Shown: one piece after another, positions 61,305-64,000 of the stretch
How the letters are laid out: every line of letters begins with the position of its first letter
How positions within the stretch are numbered: position 1 is the stretch's first letter
Source of the DNA: an uncultured Gimesia sp.
GTDB taxonomy: Bacteria; Planctomycetota; Planctomycetia; Planctomycetales; Planctomycetaceae
DNA: 64,000 nucleotides
Direction: 5' to 3'
Assembly (NCBI RefSeq): GCF_963976445.1
Contig: NZ_CAXBKP010000008.1
Location: 42,026 to 106,025, forward strand
Notes under the pieces: model-generated
Databases searched by the model: none
What the model was told of the DNA's origin: nothing
What the model saw: the letters and a program-made list of their open reading frames with translations, nothing else
Translations under genes and position numbers: made by a program

Positions 61305-63164
61305 ATGAAATTTTCGCTGCTGACGTCCTGTTTGACACTCTGTTTATTAAATTCGGCTCTGCTCGATTCTCTCTCCGCAGCGCCCATTGAAGCCCGCAAG
61401 CCGGATTTGTCGATCGATTTCAAAACGCCCGTCGAAACTCGCTTGCAGCCTTTGCGAAAACAGTCCACACTGATTCACTCCGCCATTGGTGTGACCCGAA
61501 AAGAAACCCCGATCCCCTGTGTTTTTTCAAAAGAGGATCTGGATCTCAATACCGGGAAAATACGAATTCTGCTGATTGGTGGCCTGGATGGATCGAAGTC
61601 GTCCGTCGATGCGGTGATTAATGCCGTCGACTGGTTTTATGGTGCGGAAGCAGCAAAACCTCTGCGAGAAAAGTTCTCACTCTCAGCGGTTCCGATTGCG
61701 AATCCGGATGGCTGGGTTTTACAGCGGGGCCCGAAAAATGCATCACACGGGAACCCGACCCGCGGCTATCCGCCACTGGGTTCCTCTTATCACAGCCCGA
61801 CAAAACCCGAAACCGAATATCTGTGGCGCTGGATTGGTATGCACGCCCCCGATCTCGTGATTGATGTGCGGGAAGGAAATCGATTTCAGTGGGTGATTCC
61901 TGTTGACGCCCTTTCCTCGGCGCGGAAACTGGGTAAACAACTGCAGCCACAAGTCCGACCGGTGTTTGGCTGGGAACTGGTTTCCAGCCTGGCTTACAAG
62001 TCACCTTCGCAGACAGGACGTTTACCTGCACTCGCACTCGAAGTTCCCCCGAAGAACGCACCCGCGTTTCTTCCGGCTCTGTTGACGGGAATCCAGAATA
62101 GTCCATTCCAAGGTCCTTCTCCAGCGCGGCTGGAACTGATGCGCCGTTTGCAGCGTACGCCGATTCAAGTCGCCACGCAACTTTCCAAAGTGTATGGCAA
62201 CGACCTGGGACGAATTTCCTACCTGCCTGTGGTCTCGCTGATCAGTCAAATTCGTCTCGGCGAACTGACGGGCGACCAGAGCCGACTGCCTCATGTGGAA
62301 CAGATCACGCAGAAGTATCTTGCTAAAAATCCGAACCCACTCAACAGCCGCGGAGGAGGCGGTGTGATCGCCGGGCATCTGTTGTTTTCCGAACTGGCCA
62401 AAGCGACCGGCAATCAGCAGTATCTGGAGCTCGCCAAACAGGCTGCGGATTTGGGGTTTGACGAACAGGGAAACTTTCGTGAATCGATGCCGCATCATGT
62501 GGAAATGAGTGATGCGGTTTTCATGTCGTGCCCGATTCTCGCCGTTGTCGGCCGTTTAACGGGAGAACCACGGTATTACGAAATGGCTTTGCGTCACTGG
62601 CGATTCATTCAGAAACTGGATCAGCGACCGGATGGCATTTATCGCAATTCACCGCTCAGTGATGCAGCGTGGGGACGCGGAAACGGTTTCCCCGCATTGG
62701 GTCTGGCACTGGTACTCTCTGAGTTGCCGTTGAATTCTCCGCTACGACAAGAGTTCATTGACGGGCATCGTCTGCATCTGGAAGCACTCGCCCGGCATCA
62801 AGACCCAACCGGCATGTGGCATCAGGTGATTGATCATCCCGAAAGTTATCGTGAGATGACCAGCACCTGCATGATTACGTTTGCGATGATTCGCGGCATC
62901 CGGGAAGGCTGGCTCGATGAAAAACAGTACACGCCGATCATTGAACGGGCCTGGAACGCGATCAAAACCCGCGTCGCCTTTGATGGCTCGCTCGTTGATG
63001 TTTGCACGGGAACCGGGAAACAGACCAGTGTTCGCGGCTATTTCGACCGCATGGCGATTCTGGGAATGGATTCGCGTGGCGGAGCGATGGCGTTTCTGGT
63101 TTCCAATGAAATGGCTCAGTGGCTCAATGAACGGGAAAATGCCGAACAGCAGAAACTGGATTGA
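61305..63164 (+). CDS. Degenerate M14-like domain fused to glycoside hydrolase family 88/105
   Basis: N-terminal ANPDG and DLVIDV; C-terminal D..FM..P, W.RGNG, WHQV, ESY.E.TSTCM and DVC.GT. Confidence 0.75.
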   Translation: MKFSLLTSCLTLCLLNSALLDSLSAAPIEARKPDLSIDFKTPVETRLQPLRKQSTLIHSAIGVTRKETPIPCVFSKEDLDLNTGKIRILLIGGLDGSKSSVDAVINAVDWFYGAEAAKPLREKFSLSAVPIANPDGWVLQRGPKNASHGNPTRGYPPLGSSYHSPTKPETEYLWRWIGMHAPDLVIDVREGNRFQWVIPVDALSSARKLGKQLQPQVRPVFGWELVSSLAYKSPSQTGRLPALALEVPPKNAPAFLPALLTGIQNSPFQGPSPARLELMRRLQRTPIQVATQLSKVYGNDLGRISYLPVVSLISQIRLGELTGDQSRLPHVEQITQKYLAKNPNPLNSRGGGGVIAGHLLFSELAKATGNQQYLELAKQAADLGFDEQGNFRESMPHHVEMSDAVFMSCPILAVVGRLTGEPRYYEMALRHWRFIQKLDQRPDGIYRNSPLSDAAWGRGNGFPALGLALVLSELPLNSPLRQEFIDGHRLHLEALARHQDPTGMWHQVIDHPESYREMTSTCMITFAMIRGIREGWLDEKQYTPIIERAWNAIKTRVAFDGSLVDVCTGTGKQTSVRGYFDRMAILGMDSRGGAMAFLVSNEMAQWLNERENAEQQKLD

Positions 63165-63293
63165 TGACACATCAATTTGGACGGCTGATTATCTTGCATT
63201 TTGGGTAAAAATCGTCGCTGATTCAATCACTGTTGGCAAGCCAAGCCTTAGTGCAGACAGACAAGTAAGAGTACAACCATCAAAGTAAGCTTC

Positions 63294-63434
63294 GTAGGGA
63301 GCGGACCCATGTGTCCGCCCGCCTTGCGAAGGGATGATTTTTATCACACATAGGTTGGGATCAGTTAGAATGTTCGGCCTTCTGCGTGTGAACTACGTCG
63401 ATACCGCGGGTGGACACACGGGTCCCACCCCTAC
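63294..63434. repeat. GTAG-type REP doublet (REPIN-like inverted pair)
   Basis: GTAGGGAGCGGACCCATGTGTCCGCCCGC (63294-63322) and inverted GTAGGGGTGGGACCCGTGTGTCCACCCGC (63434-63406). Confidence 0.8.
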
Positions 63435-63467
63435 CAGTTGACTCGATTGGCACGAGAAACGGCCCGT

Positions 63468-64000
63468 TTATTTATCGAGCCAGCTACTGAGCGTGACCTT
63501 TAAGGTCATCAGCTTATCATTTCGTTTGAGTTCGACATCCACGGTATCGCCGGCTGACTTTTTGCCAATCAGATCGACGAGCCCCTGAAAGCTTTCGACA
63601 TCCTTTCCATCGAATTTGACAATGAGGTCGCCCGATCGAATGCCGGCTTTTTGTGCCGCTAATCCCTCTGAGACATCCCCCACAAGACAGCCGTCCCTGC
63701 CACTGACGTCACCACTTGAAATGCCGAGCATTGCATCACTGTCGCGTGCCTGGAAGCGGGTGGAGGGAATGGCTTTTCTCAAATCGTCTAATGCAAGCTC
63801 ATTCAGCGGATGCCCTTTGATCAAATAGAAGGTATCAAACTTTCGAATCCGTTTGATAAACCGCAGGCCCAGTTCGGCGCCGCTCCAGCGTGCGCCGAGC
63901 GCGACATAGCGTACTCGCCCTGGGGCATTGTTCTCATTCTGTGGGTATTTGGCGATCTCTTCTGCCGTCCACAATTTGATGGTACCGCCCCGCTTTCTGA
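63468..64000 (-). CDS. PDZ-domain protein, C-terminal part (5' end outside the window)
   Basis: LGIS...V..V..G..A.KAGIRSGDLIVKFDG. The frame is open to the window edge (RKRGGTIKLWTAE). Confidence 0.8.
   Translation of the reverse strand, partial: RKRGGTIKLWTAEEIAKYPQNENNAPGRVRYVALGARWSGAELGLRFIKRIRKFDTFYLIKGHPLNELALDDLRKAIPSTRFQARDSDAMLGISSGDVSGRDGCLVGDVSEGLAAQKAGIRSGDLIVKFDGKDVESFQGLVDLIGKKSAGDTVDVELKRNDKLMTLKVTLSSWLDK

Overview
This 64-kb window is from a planctomycete, probably Gimesia-like. That assignment is inferred from the DUF1553/DUF1501 pair, the PVC signature protein and sulfatase; no database search was run. Most of it is ordinary chromosome: katG, a sulfatase, nrdR, obgE, kdsD, ddl, an ftsQ-like gene, acs and larB. 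It also holds a 2-aminoethylphosphonate catabolic cluster and several small accessory patches (orphan cassettes, an IS256 remnant, REP-like repeats). The standout is a minus-strand RNA-rich locus at ~2300-4870 that the ORF track misses. In transcription order it has three non-canonical tRNA genes (Arg-UCU, Arg-GCG, Cys-GCA), all with G8/G14/C21/A48 in place of the usual U8/A14/A21/Y48 core. These are followed by an array of four different Y-RNA-like genes, a miniature Y-like hairpin at the ribosome-binding site, and a Ro60/TROVE (Rsr) gene. No rtcB/rtcA/rtcR gene lies nearby, and the unit sits between two same-orientation REP-containing repeats.
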